A DNA stretch of 64,000 nt from an uncultured Methylomirabilota bacterium (GCA_963705305.1 OY970067.1:5568001-5632000), one strand, 5' to 3'. Shown: positions 19,909-29,910, numbered from the stretch's first letter. Numbers and translations: made by a program. The notes: a model not told the origin generated them from the sequence alone.

Positions 19909-19990
19909 CCGCTCCGCTCGAACCAAACAGGGGGCGGTGGGCAGCCGACGAAGCCCTCGCTTCCGCTGATGTCCCCCACGGGATGCGACG

Positions 19991-21247
19991 ATGAACGATC
20001 TCAACGGGAAGGCCGCTGTCGTCTCATCGGTTCCGGCCGATGACCGGTGGTTGAATCGCAATGTCGCGGGGATGGGGATCACCAGCCTGCTGAGCGATTG
20101 GGGACACGAGATGGCCACGGCAATCCTCCCCGGGTTTCTGGCCGCCATCGGCGCTCCGGCCGCGGCCCTGGGCGTCATCGAAGGGGTGGCCGACGCCGTG
20201 TCCAGCTTCGTGAAACTCGGCGCCGGATGGTACACGGATCGGATCGGCCACCGGAAGGTCATCTGCGTAGGCGGTTATTTCCTGACGGGGGTCTCGCAGG
20301 CCATCTTTGCGTTTGCATACAGCTGGCCGCTGGTGCTCGCCGGCCGGACCCTCGGCTGGCTCGGTCGGGGCGTCCGCAGCCCTCTGCGGGACGCCATCCT
20401 GGCGGAGTCCGCGTCCGAGGAGGCGCGTGGGAAGGCCTTCGGCTTTCACCGGGCGGGCGACACGCTGGGCGCTGTTATTGGACCTCTCTGCGCCGTGGGG
20501 CTTCTGGCCCTGCTCCAGGGGCACGCCACCGGCGATCCCTCGTCACCCTTTCGTCTGGTATTCCTCCTGACCATCATCCCGGGTGTCGGATCGGCCCTGG
20601 CCTTCGGCACGGCGGTCCGCGAGCGGCGGCGCGCCCCGAACCGCGGGGTCCGGCTCTGGGCTACGATCCGTAGCCTGCCCCGGGCCTATCGGCGCTGGCT
20701 GGCGGGGGTGGGGATCTTCGGCATCGGGGACTTCGCGCACACCCTGATGATCCTGGCGGCCACGGAACTCCTCACCCCGGCGTACGGCGTGGTGGCGGCG
20801 GCCCAGATGGCTGCCCTGTTCTATGTGGTGCGGAATGTCCTGTACGCCGCCGCCTCTTACCCGATCGGCGCCTTGAGCGACCGCCTGGGTCGCCTCGGGA
20901 TCCTGGTGCTCGGGTATGTCGTCGGCTCCCTGACGGCCGCCGGCCTCGTGGCCGCCTTCGCCTTCTCCTGGCGCCACCCCGTCTACCTTCTCGGGCTCTT
21001 CTGCCTGGGCGGAATCTACATCGCGGCCGAGGATGCCCTGGAGGGCGCCATGACCGCCGACTTCGTCCCTGCCGCGGAATGGCGGGGGATCGCGTACGGG
21101 GTGCTGGGGACGGTCAACGGCGTCGGGGACCTGGCGGCCAGCGTGATCGTCGGCGTCCTCTGGACGGCGGTCTCGCCGGTCCTCGCATTCGCCTATGCGG
21201 CGGCGGCAATGGGCGCGGGCGCCCTGGTTGTCGCCCGCCCGTGCTGA
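19991..21247 (+). CDS. MFS transporter
   Basis: SLLSDWGHEM, GWYTDRIGHRK, GRGVRSPLRDA, GKAFGFHRAGDTLGA, GALSDRLGR; multiple TM segments. Confidence 0.85.
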   Translation: MNDLNGKAAVVSSVPADDRWLNRNVAGMGITSLLSDWGHEMATAILPGFLAAIGAPAAALGVIEGVADAVSSFVKLGAGWYTDRIGHRKVICVGGYFLTGVSQAIFAFAYSWPLVLAGRTLGWLGRGVRSPLRDAILAESASEEARGKAFGFHRAGDTLGAVIGPLCAVGLLALLQGHATGDPSSPFRLVFLLTIIPGVGSALAFGTAVRERRRAPNRGVRLWATIRSLPRAYRRWLAGVGIFGIGDFAHTLMILAATELLTPAYGVVAAAQMAALFYVVRNVLYAAASYPIGALSDRLGRLGILVLGYVVGSLTAAGLVAAFAFSWRHPVYLLGLFCLGGIYIAAEDALEGAMTADFVPAAEWRGIAYGVLGTVNGVGDLAASVIVGVLWTAVSPVLAFAYAAAAMGAGALVVARPC

Positions 21248-21255
21248 GGACTGCG

Positions 21256-22269
21256 ATGCGCCTGGAAAATCTGGCGGCGGGATTGGACGATCTCTCGCGC
21301 AACCGGGAGGCGCTCGCCCTGTTGATCCTGCAGGGCGAACGGGCGGTCCCGGCCCTGGCGCGGATGCTCCTGGGGCCGCCCTCCTCTATCCCGGAGGCGC
21401 GCTGTCTCGCCGCGGAGGGCCTCGGATCGATCGGAGGGGAGGCGGCCGTCAGCGCCCTGATCCGGGTCCTCAGCCTGCACGATCCCCGACGGCTCGACCC
21501 GGTCCTCCGCCTGGCGGAGGAGGCGGTACAGAACCGGGCCGCAGAGCAGCTCGGCAGGATGGGAGACCGGCGGGCCGTCGAGCCGCTGCTGTACGGTCTG
21601 GCACAGGACGGGCTCCGCGAGGCGATGGGCGCGCTGGCCAGGCTCCGGGAGCCGCGGGCCATCCCCCACATCGTTCGGCGCCTGGAAGATCCGTGCGACC
21701 GCGCGGCAGCCGCGGACGCGCTGCTGGCATTCGGCAGCACGGCGGTTCCGGCCCTGACGGCGACACTGACCGAGCAGCACCCCTCTTCCGAGGATGAATC
21801 GCCCATGAGCGCGGAGCGACGCGCCGAGGCCGCACGCCTTCTCGGTACGCTGGGAGCTTCGCAGGCCCTGGAGGCGCTCCGGTCCCGCCTCGATGATCCG
21901 GCTGCGGCTGTCCGGCTCGAGGCCGGCCTCGCACTGGCGGCCCTCACCGGTGGCGACACACCCGATCGGGCGCTGGCGGTCATCGCACAGGGGCTGAACC
22001 ATCCTGGCCCACCGACGGCCCTGCGGTGCATGGACGCAGCTGTCGAGGCCGCCGACCGGAGTATTCCCCATCTCCTTTCTGTCGCTCCACCGAGACGGAC
22101 CGCGGCAGTCGGTCCGCGCCGTCCGGGGGATGATGCGCTCCAGGTGAGCGTGATCGAGACCTTGGAGCGGATCGGCTCGGAAGCAAGCACACGGGCTATC
22201 GAGGAATTCCTTCACGACCGGAGCCCCCTCGTGCGCGAGCGAGCACAGCGGGCGCTGCGGCATCCTTGA
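21256..22269 (+). CDS. HEAT/PBS-lyase repeat protein
   Basis: Repeated AAEQLGRMGDRRAVEPL, ALARLREPRAIPHI, DPAAAVRLEA, SPLVRERA. Confidence 0.8.
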   Translation: MRLENLAAGLDDLSRNREALALLILQGERAVPALARMLLGPPSSIPEARCLAAEGLGSIGGEAAVSALIRVLSLHDPRRLDPVLRLAEEAVQNRAAEQLGRMGDRRAVEPLLYGLAQDGLREAMGALARLREPRAIPHIVRRLEDPCDRAAAADALLAFGSTAVPALTATLTEQHPSSEDESPMSAERRAEAARLLGTLGASQALEALRSRLDDPAAAVRLEAGLALAALTGGDTPDRALAVIAQGLNHPGPPTALRCMDAAVEAADRSIPHLLSVAPPRRTAAVGPRRPGDDALQVSVIETLERIGSEASTRAIEEFLHDRSPLVRERAQRALRHP

Positions 22270-22287
22270 AGGAGAGATAGGCTCCCC

Positions 22288-23823
22288 ATGGCTTTCCACA
22301 GCATACTCTTCAAACGGGCCGAGGACACGCCAACGCAGGACACAATCCAGCCGCCGGTCTTCTGCGTTGACTTGAATCTTGATCAGATCATAAACGCCGT
22401 CACCGCCGGCAGGCAGGAATACAACCTGAAGCCGTATTTCTACACTCCCTTGAGGCAGAAGGACGCGATTGCCTACCGGCATGAAGTATTCCGGGATCTC
22501 GAAGATCCACACCTGCTCGAGAGCGTCGAGTCGTTCGCCCGGAGCATGCGGGTCATGCGCGACCATCTCGCCCAGGCGGAAAAGCTTTATTACACGTATC
22601 AGAAGGAACGCTGGTTCCTGGAGGCGGTGGAGATCTATTGTGACGCGGTGAACCGCCTGATGCAGGAGCTTGCGCTGGTCGACCTGAAATCGCGAGGTTT
22701 TCTGGGCTTCCGGGATTACCTGGCAACGTACGCCCGGTCCGAGGGTTTTACCGCCCTCCTGGCGGACACGAAACAGCTCCTGGCCGACCTGTCTTCCATC
22801 CGCTACTCTCTGATCATCAAGGGGACGTCCGTCACGGTCTGGAAATACGAATCGGAATCCGACTACAGCGTAGACGTTGAGCGGACCTTCGAAAAATTCA
22901 AGCAGGGGGCACCCAAGGACTACCGGGCGAAATTTTCCAGCTCGCCGCAGATGAATCATGTGGAGGCGGCGATTCTGGATCTGCTCGCCAAGCTGTATCC
23001 CGACATCTTCCGACATCTTGACGTGTACTGCGCGAAGAACGCCGAGTATCTGGACGCAACGCTCGCCACCTTCGACCGTGAAGTGGAGTTCTACCTGGCC
23101 TACCTGGCGCATCGCGGCATCTTCACCCGAGCGGGATTGCCGTTTTGCTACCCGGAAGTCTCCGACTCCTCCAAGGACGTCTATGAGCACGAGGGGTTCG
23201 ATCTGGCGCTGGCCGACAAGCTCGTCAAGGAAAAGGCCTCCGTTGTCTGCAACGACTTCTACCTGAAAGACAAGGAGCGCATCCTCGTCGTCACGGGTCC
23301 GAACCAGGGCGGGAAGACCACTTTCGCCCGCGCCTTCGGCCAGCTGCATTTCCTGGCCAGCATCGGCTGCCCGGTGCCGGGCAGGGAGGCGCAGCTCTTT
23401 TTGTTCGACAGGCTCTTTACCCATTTCGAAAAAGAAGAGGACATCCGAAATCTCCGGGGCAAGATGGAAGATGACCTGATCAGGATTTCCGAGATTCTGG
23501 CCCAGGCAACCTCGAACAGCATCGTCATCCTGAACGAGAGCTTCACGGCGACGACGTTGAGCGATGCGATCTTCTTGAGCACTCGAATCCTGGAACGAAT
23601 CCTCCAGCTCGACCTGCTGTGCGTCTGCGTGACCTTCATCGATGAATTGGCGTCGTTGAGCGAGAAGACCGTCAGCGTGGTCGCGGGGGTCGCGCCCGAC
23701 AATCCGGCAGTGCGGACGTACCGAATCATGCGACGGCCCGCGGACGGCGTGGCGTACGCACTGTCTATCGCCGAGAAGTACCGGCTCACGTACGAGTCCG
23801 TCAAGGAGCGCATCCGGCCATGA
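22288..23823 (+). CDS. MutS-domain-V ATPase lacking mismatch-binding domain (copy A)
   Basis: VVCNDF, VVTGPNQGGKTTFAR, LFTHF, ILNESF, VTFIDEL. Confidence 0.85.
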   Translation: MAFHSILFKRAEDTPTQDTIQPPVFCVDLNLDQIINAVTAGRQEYNLKPYFYTPLRQKDAIAYRHEVFRDLEDPHLLESVESFARSMRVMRDHLAQAEKLYYTYQKERWFLEAVEIYCDAVNRLMQELALVDLKSRGFLGFRDYLATYARSEGFTALLADTKQLLADLSSIRYSLIIKGTSVTVWKYESESDYSVDVERTFEKFKQGAPKDYRAKFSSSPQMNHVEAAILDLLAKLYPDIFRHLDVYCAKNAEYLDATLATFDREVEFYLAYLAHRGIFTRAGLPFCYPEVSDSSKDVYEHEGFDLALADKLVKEKASVVCNDFYLKDKERILVVTGPNQGGKTTFARAFGQLHFLASIGCPVPGREAQLFLFDRLFTHFEKEEDIRNLRGKMEDDLIRISEILAQATSNSIVILNESFTATTLSDAIFLSTRILERILQLDLLCVCVTFIDELASLSEKTVSVVAGVAPDNPAVRTYRIMRRPADGVAYALSIAEKYRLTYESVKERIRP

Positions 23824-25322
23824 AGGCGTTTCTCATGTTTCGGGATCGCGATTTCGACCTCCAGGAGGCATTGCCTTGGAACGAGCAGGCCTTGACCCAG
23901 GATCTCGAGCTGGGGACGCTGTTCGATGCCATAGCCTGCCAGGACAAGCTGATCTGGGAGGTGGTCCGAAGGGCCATGCTACGGGGCGTGGAGGACGTGG
24001 ATACCATCCTGTACCGTCAGGATATCCTCAAGGACTGCCTGAACGATCCTTCCGTGGTCCGGACGATGTATGCGATCGCCGGGGAGGCGATTGACGCCGA
24101 GCGGAAGGTGTGGTGGAGCTTTTTCCGAAATTCCCCGTCCGCGCTCCTGCACCGGTCGATCGAGGTCCTGACGCTGCTCGTCCGCGCGCTGAAGCAGCTG
24201 AGAAGTATCGCCGATGCGCACGCCCACACCTGTACTTCCGCCGGCCTGACGCGGTTGTTCAGGATGCTCGCCGCCGAGCTGGAGGACGAGTACTTCGCCC
24301 GCGTGGAGAGCCATCTGGGGGAGCTGAGCTTTCGGGACGGGGCGCTCATCAGCGCGGAATTGGGGCAGGGGAACAAAGGGACCGATTACCGGCTGCGGAA
24401 GCAGCCGGAAAAGAAGAAGCAGACCTGGATGGGGCGACTCTTCGGACCAAAACCGCTCGCCTACACCTATCACATCCCCGAGCGCGACGACAGCGGCCCG
24501 AGGTATCTCTCCGAGCTGCAGGACCGGGGCATCAACCTCGCCGCGAACGCGGTGGGCCAGTCGGCGGATCACATTCTCAGCTTCTTCGCCATGCTGCGCA
24601 CCGAGCTGGCCTTCTACGTCGGCTGTGTGAACTTGCACGAGCACCTGGTCCGATTGGGCCAGCCAACCTGCTTTCCCGTGCCCGTGCCCTCCGGCAAGCG
24701 GAGCCACTCGTACACGGAATTGTACGACGTGTGTCTCGCGCTCAGCATGGGGCGGAGCGTGGTGGGGAATGACGGGACCGCCGACGACAGAGAGCTCGTG
24801 ATGATCACGGGCGCGAACCAGGGCGGAAAATCGACATTTTTGCGGAGCATCGGAATCGCCCAGCTGATGATGCAGTGCGGGCTGTTTGCGCCGGCGGATG
24901 CCTTCTGTGCGAACATCTGCACGGGCCTGTTCACGCACTACAAGCGGGAAGAGGACACGACCATGCAGAGCGGAAAATTCGATGAAGAGCTCAGCCGGAT
25001 GAGCGAGATCGTAGAGCATCTGAGGCCCGACGCCATGCTGTTGTTCAACGAATCGTTCGCGGCGACAAACGAGCGGGAAGGCTCGGAGATCGCCCGGCAG
25101 ATCGTGAGCGCCTTGCTGGAGCGGCGCATCAAGGTCTTCTTCGTGACCCACCTGTACGACCTTGCCCACCGGTTTTTCGCCAAGAGCATGGAGAGCGCCC
25201 TCTTTCTGCGCGCGGAGCGGCAGGCCGACGGAACGCGAACCTTCAAGTTGACCGAGGGCGAGCCGCTCGAGACCAGCCATGGCGAGGACCTGTATGTGCG
25301 CATATTCGGAGGCGCCAATTGA
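23820..25322 (+). CDS. MutS-domain-V ATPase lacking mismatch-binding domain (copy B)
   Basis: ITGANQGGKSTFLR, LFTHY, SGKFDEEL, LFNESFAATN, VTHL; ATGA overlap with copy A. Confidence 0.85.
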   Translation: MKAFLMFRDRDFDLQEALPWNEQALTQDLELGTLFDAIACQDKLIWEVVRRAMLRGVEDVDTILYRQDILKDCLNDPSVVRTMYAIAGEAIDAERKVWWSFFRNSPSALLHRSIEVLTLLVRALKQLRSIADAHAHTCTSAGLTRLFRMLAAELEDEYFARVESHLGELSFRDGALISAELGQGNKGTDYRLRKQPEKKKQTWMGRLFGPKPLAYTYHIPERDDSGPRYLSELQDRGINLAANAVGQSADHILSFFAMLRTELAFYVGCVNLHEHLVRLGQPTCFPVPVPSGKRSHSYTELYDVCLALSMGRSVVGNDGTADDRELVMITGANQGGKSTFLRSIGIAQLMMQCGLFAPADAFCANICTGLFTHYKREEDTTMQSGKFDEELSRMSEIVEHLRPDAMLLFNESFAATNEREGSEIARQIVSALLERRIKVFFVTHLYDLAHRFFAKSMESALFLRAERQADGTRTFKLTEGEPLETSHGEDLYVRIFGGAN

Positions 25323-25427
25323 GCTCGGAAGGGCGCGTATGCGGCCACATGGCTGCGGAATGGTCCACAGGCCGCAGAGGAGCTACGTTGTAGGTCGACG
25401 CGCCGATCGGCACAAGGTGCGACGCGA

Positions 25428-26384
25428 ATGCCCCACATCGGGACGATCACCATGCGGAAAGGAGCCGGTAAGTGTCCGGCGCTCGGCTGGGTCGCCGTCG
25501 CAGCGGGGGGGCTGCTCTTGGCCCTCGTGGCCGCGCAGGGTTCGGGTGGGCAGGCGAGCGGCCGACCCGCAGTGCGCCTGGTGGTGTCTATCCCAACGCC
25601 ACTCGAGGCGGCGATCTTCGGGCTCTTTGGCTTGGCCGCCCTCTTCGTCCTGTGGCTGCTGATGCCCCGACATCTCCGACATGGAAAGAAAGACCCGGAT
25701 GCCATCGAGATGGTCTACGAGAACCCGAAGATCTCGCCCTGGTTCACCGTCGGCATGCTGGTCCTGAGCGCCGCGCCCTTGGCGCTGGTGGGGTATCTCC
25801 TCTGGCGCGGGTGGCCGCCCTTTGAGAAGGGGGTCGCTCGCGTCTCCCTTGCGGCCGGATTTTCCGCTCCCGGGGCTCCCCTCCACCAAGGGAGCGTCGT
25901 GCCATATGCGTCGGAGCCATGGTTCAGCGGCGTGGTCACGGTTCTGGCACTGGTGGTGGGAGCGGGGTGTCTGGCGGCGACCCTCTGGATCCTCTTCGGC
26001 GATCGCCTGATCGGGACGTGGAAAGGCCTGACGCCCCGGACCTCCGAGCCGCTGCTGGAGGCGATCGACGACAGCCTGGAGACCCTCCGACAAGAGTCGG
26101 ATGCCCGCCGGGCGATCATCCGGTGCTATCGGCACTTCGAGCATGCCCTGACCCGACGGGGACTGCCGCGCGATCCCTGGGAAACCCCGACAGAGTTCAT
26201 GCGGAAAGCCTTGGGCCGCCTCCCGCTCCCGCCGGAGATCGTGAAGGGTCTCATCGACCTGTTTCACCTGGCGCGCTTCAGCGATCACCCATTGGGGCCG
26301 AGGGAGCGCAACGTCGCAGTGGACTCGCTGGTGGAAATCCGCACTGCACTGGAAGGGGAGACGGCCCATGCTTCCGCCGTCTGA
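25428..26384 (+). CDS. DUF4129-domain membrane protein
   Basis: N-terminal TM helices; C-terminal AIIRCY...WETPTEF...LFHLARFS. Confidence 0.75.
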   Translation: MPHIGTITMRKGAGKCPALGWVAVAAGGLLLALVAAQGSGGQASGRPAVRLVVSIPTPLEAAIFGLFGLAALFVLWLLMPRHLRHGKKDPDAIEMVYENPKISPWFTVGMLVLSAAPLALVGYLLWRGWPPFEKGVARVSLAAGFSAPGAPLHQGSVVPYASEPWFSGVVTVLALVVGAGCLAATLWILFGDRLIGTWKGLTPRTSEPLLEAIDDSLETLRQESDARRAIIRCYRHFEHALTRRGLPRDPWETPTEFMRKALGRLPLPPEIVKGLIDLFHLARFSDHPLGPRERNVAVDSLVEIRTALEGETAHASAV

Positions 26385-26850
26385 TCCGCGCTGGTGGAGA
26401 TTCTTTCTGGGGTACCTCCTCTTCGCTGGGCTGCTAGCCCTGGCCCTGACGCCCCTCTATTTCTTGGCGGAGCCTACGCACCGACCGCTGGTCGTCCGCC
26501 TTGGCGCCACCCTGCTTGCCGTGAGCGTCTTGGTCCACCTCCGACGGTTCGTCCGGGCGGCGATCACGTCGCAACCCGCCTCGGCCTTCGACCGGGCGCT
26601 CCGGCCGCTGCCGCCCGAGCGCCACATCGCACCTCTCTTCCTGAAGCTCCGGAACGAGCTGCGGTTCAGCAGAGCCGATTTCGGGTACTTCCAGCGAAAC
26701 CTCTGGCCTCGGATCCTCCGTTTGTCGCGGAGGCGGGTCGGGGGCTCCCTGTCAAAGGCGCCTGAGATGCCGCGGGGAGGATTCTTCCGGCGGGGGCCGT
26801 CGCTGGCTGCCTTTCGCCAGCTTATCTCGCAGATCGAGGAGCGTCCATGA
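26368..26850 (+). CDS. Small membrane protein of MoxR operon
   Basis: Two TM helices; overlaps both neighbours. Confidence 0.6.
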   Translation: MLPPSDPRWWRFFLGYLLFAGLLALALTPLYFLAEPTHRPLVVRLGATLLAVSVLVHLRRFVRAAITSQPASAFDRALRPLPPERHIAPLFLKLRNELRFSRADFGYFQRNLWPRILRLSRRRVGGSLSKAPEMPRGGFFRRGPSLAAFRQLISQIEERP

Positions 26851-27803
26851 AGCTGGAAATGGTGGCCGATCGCTGCCGGGAGATCCTGGCAACTCTCTCC
26901 CGGGTGATCGTCGGCAAGGAGGCGGTACTCCAGCGGATCCTGGCGGGAATCCTGTGCAACGGGCACGTCCTGATCGAGGACTACCCCGGCCTGGCCAAGA
27001 CCCTCATCGCGCAGCTCTTCGCCCAGACGTTGGATCTCGGCTTCAAGCGCATCCAGTTCACCCCGGACCTCTTACCGAGCGACATCACCGGCAGCTTCCT
27101 CTACGACCAGCGTCAGGGGCAATTCGAGTTCCGGCGAGGGCCTATCTTCACGAATCTGCTCCTGGCGGATGAGATTAACCGGGCCACCCCCAAGACGCAG
27201 GCCGCCATGCTGGAGGCGATGCAAGAGGCCCAGGTGACTGTGGAGGGGGAACTCTTCGCTCTGGAGCCGCCATTCCTGGTGATCGCCACCCAGAATCCGA
27301 TCGAGCTGGAGGGGACCTATCCCCTCCCCGAGGCGCAGGTGGACCGGTTCCTCCTGCGACTGGCCGTGGGGTATCCGACCCCTGAGGAGGAGCGGGAGAT
27401 CCTCGTGCGGCGCCGCGAGCGGCGGACGGATGCTGCGTCCGTCCCCCGTGTGATCTCCCGAGCGGAGATCCTGGCCATGCAGGCCGCGCTGGAGGAGGTC
27501 TTCGTGAGTGAGGCCATCGAGCGCTACATCGTGGACCTAGTCCAGGCCACACGGGGCGACGCCCGGGTGGCGCTCGGCGCCTCGCCGCGGGGGGCACTGG
27601 CGCTCCTCAAGCTGGCCCGGGCCGAGGCGGTTCTGGCGCGGCGGAACTTCGTGATCCCGGATGATGTGAAGGGGATGGCGGTCCCAGCTCTGGCCCACCG
27701 GCTCATCCTCAAGCCCGAGCTATGGGTGCGCAAGATCTCGGCGGAGCAAGTCCTCACCGATCTACTGGCAGAGGTACCGGCTCCTGCCACGGAGAGCCGA
27801 TGA
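26847..27803 (+). CDS. moxR: MoxR-family AAA+ ATPase
   Basis: GHVLIEDYPGLAKT, RIQFTPDLLPSDITG, LADEINRA, ATQNPIE, GTYPLPEAQVDRF, GASPRG. Confidence 0.92.
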   Translation: MKLEMVADRCREILATLSRVIVGKEAVLQRILAGILCNGHVLIEDYPGLAKTLIAQLFAQTLDLGFKRIQFTPDLLPSDITGSFLYDQRQGQFEFRRGPIFTNLLLADEINRATPKTQAAMLEAMQEAQVTVEGELFALEPPFLVIATQNPIELEGTYPLPEAQVDRFLLRLAVGYPTPEEEREILVRRRERRTDAASVPRVISRAEILAMQAALEEVFVSEAIERYIVDLVQATRGDARVALGASPRGALALLKLARAEAVLARRNFVIPDDVKGMAVPALAHRLILKPELWVRKISAEQVLTDLLAEVPAPATESR

Positions 27804-29077
27804 TTAGGCGGATTCCCCCCCTGGCGCTTTCCCTACTCACGCTCTGCGGGGTGACCCTGATCCTTGGCCTTCTTTCCGGCCGGTCAGAGCTGTTCCTGGT
27901 GGCCCTCCCCCTGGTGGCATCCCTCTGCCGAGCAGCCATGGCGACCGAGGTCCCTGAGTACGGCGTGACGCACGAAATCTCGCAGGAGCGGCTCTTCGAG
28001 GGCGATACGCTTCGCGTGACGGTGACCCTCACGGCCCGTTCCCAGACCCCCCTCCTGGAGCTGTGTGAGTCGATTCCCCCCGGGACCGCCCTCGCCGCGG
28101 GGAGCAACCGGGCTCTGTTCAGCCTGCGCCCCGGCCAGCAGGTCCGGTGGAGCTACGGCCTCCGGTGTCTGCGGAGGGGTCGGTTCCAGGTCGGACCCCT
28201 GTATGCGCGGGCCTGGGGATGCTCGGGGCTGGAAACGGCCGAGGGAGAACACGCGGACGCGACCCCGGTGCGAGTTTACCCGCACTCCCTTCCCCTCCGC
28301 GCCCTGCCCCAGCCTCGCCGCACGCAGACCTCGGTGGGAAACTACGTGTCGCCGGTCTTAGGGGAGGGGCTGGAGCCAGGGGAGGTCCGGCCCTTCGCCC
28401 CCGGCGACCGGGTGAAGCACGTGAACTGGCGAGCCTCACTTCGGCTCGGCCGGCTCTACGTCACCCAGTGTCACCAGGAGCGGAACGCCGATGTCGTCCT
28501 GATGCTGGATACGCTCGGGCATGCGGGCCTTTCGCCCAGGAGCAGCCTCGACCTGTGCGCGCGGGCGGCGGCCTCGCTGGCCGGGGCCTACCTGTCGCGG
28601 AAAGACCGGGTGGGCCTCATCGAGTACGGCGGGGTGCTCCGCTGGGTGCGCCCGGGATCGGGGCGGGTCCAGCTCGAGCGGATCCTAGAGGCATTGCTGG
28701 CCGCGGAGGTGATCTTCACTTACGTGGCCAAGGATCTCACCCTGGTGCCGCCGCGGATCCTGCCGCCCCAGGCGCTCGTCCTGGCGCTGAGTCCGCTCCT
28801 GGACGACCGGTTCGTCACGGCGGTGCGGGATCTCGCCGCCCGCGGGTTCGATGTGGTGGTGGTGTGGGTCTCGCCGGTGGCCCTGTCCCGCGAGCTGCTC
28901 TCCGGATCGCTTCTGGACGATCTGGCCTGTCGCCTGTGGACCCTGGAAAGTGAGGAGCAGCTTGCCGCGCTACGCCAAGAGGGCCTCACGATCATCGAGT
29001 GGCACCCCGATCAGCCGCTGGAGCTGGCGCTCAGCCCCTTCGCACGCCATCGTCGGCCGAGGGCGCTGGTAGGATGA
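27800..29077 (+). CDS. DUF58 / VWA-like protein
   Basis: RRGRFQVGP, VRPFAPGDRVKHVNWRAS, DRVGL; follows moxR. Confidence 0.85.
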   Translation: MIRRIPPLALSLLTLCGVTLILGLLSGRSELFLVALPLVASLCRAAMATEVPEYGVTHEISQERLFEGDTLRVTVTLTARSQTPLLELCESIPPGTALAAGSNRALFSLRPGQQVRWSYGLRCLRRGRFQVGPLYARAWGCSGLETAEGEHADATPVRVYPHSLPLRALPQPRRTQTSVGNYVSPVLGEGLEPGEVRPFAPGDRVKHVNWRASLRLGRLYVTQCHQERNADVVLMLDTLGHAGLSPRSSLDLCARAAASLAGAYLSRKDRVGLIEYGGVLRWVRPGSGRVQLERILEALLAAEVIFTYVAKDLTLVPPRILPPQALVLALSPLLDDRFVTAVRDLAARGFDVVVVWVSPVALSRELLSGSLLDDLACRLWTLESEEQLAALRQEGLTIIEWHPDQPLELALSPFARHRRPRALVG

Positions 29078-29610
29078 TTCGATACCTGGGCGGCATCTTG
29101 GTGATGGCCCTTCTAGGGGTCCCGCTTCTGCGGGCGCCCTCCGGGCTGGTCGGCGCCGTGGGAGCGCTGGCGGGTCTATTCTGTATCGGCGGCGTTGTGA
29201 TGCTCTCGATTCCGCTCCTGACGTTCGGTGCGTCGCTGGCACTGACAGAGTACACTCTGGCCCTGTGGCTGGCCGGATCCCCGCCGGATCTCCTCGGCGC
29301 GATTGGCCTCGGTGTGACGCTCTGGCTCCTCTTCGAGGTCACCGGGTTCGCCCAGCGCATCCAGGGTGTCGCCGTGGCTCCGGGGGTGCTCCGCAGGCAG
29401 GCGCGTTCTTGGATCGGGACCGGGATTGCTTTGATTGTCCTCGGCGGCATGGTCGCAATCGCCACAAGTGCCGTGAGGCTTCGGCTTCCCCCATCGGCGT
29501 GTCCGGTCGTGGTTGCGCTCGGCGCCGTGAGCGCTTTTCTCGGTGTGGCGCGCGCCCTGCTGTGCGGCGCAACCCGGTCGGCTCCCGTCCCCTTTGACGA
29601 AGAGCGATGA
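29074..29610 (+). CDS. Membrane protein
   Basis: Several hydrophobic segments; ATGA overlap with DUF58 gene. Confidence 0.6.
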   Translation: MIRYLGGILVMALLGVPLLRAPSGLVGAVGALAGLFCIGGVVMLSIPLLTFGASLALTEYTLALWLAGSPPDLLGAIGLGVTLWLLFEVTGFAQRIQGVAVAPGVLRRQARSWIGTGIALIVLGGMVAIATSAVRLRLPPSACPVVVALGAVSAFLGVARALLCGATRSAPVPFDEER

Positions 29611-29721
29611 CTCGATGTGACATGATTGGATGGGGTTGCATGGGGACGGGGAAGTCGATGCCGGCGGCGTTGAAACGTGTGCAGCAGTGGGTAAATTGGA
29701 TCGCGACCTTCTATCGCGCCA

Positions 29722-29910
29722 ATGGTGCCGGCCGGCCAGCGGGCCTCCCCCTTCGGCGTGTTCACCGCGGATTACGGGCTATCTTGGTTTCTGGAGAGCG
29801 CAGCGATCGGAGTCCTCTACGACATCTCGATACCGGCCACGATTGCATTCTGTGTGACGCTCCAGTGGGCCGCCATTCCGATCTTTGCGTCGGTGCGTCG
29901 TCAGGATAAC
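29722..29910 (+). pseudogene. C-terminal fragment of an MFS transporter
   Basis: RASPFGVFTADYGLSWFLESAAIGVLYDISIPATIAFCVTLQWAAIPIF resembles the last two TM helices of an MFS; no N-terminal part; boundaries approximate. Confidence 0.55.

Noticed and set aside
22288..25322. Call as mismatch-repair mutS or as an anti-phage defence pair
   Set aside because: No mismatch-binding domain, no mutL and no nuclease effector; context points to the riboswitch regulon.
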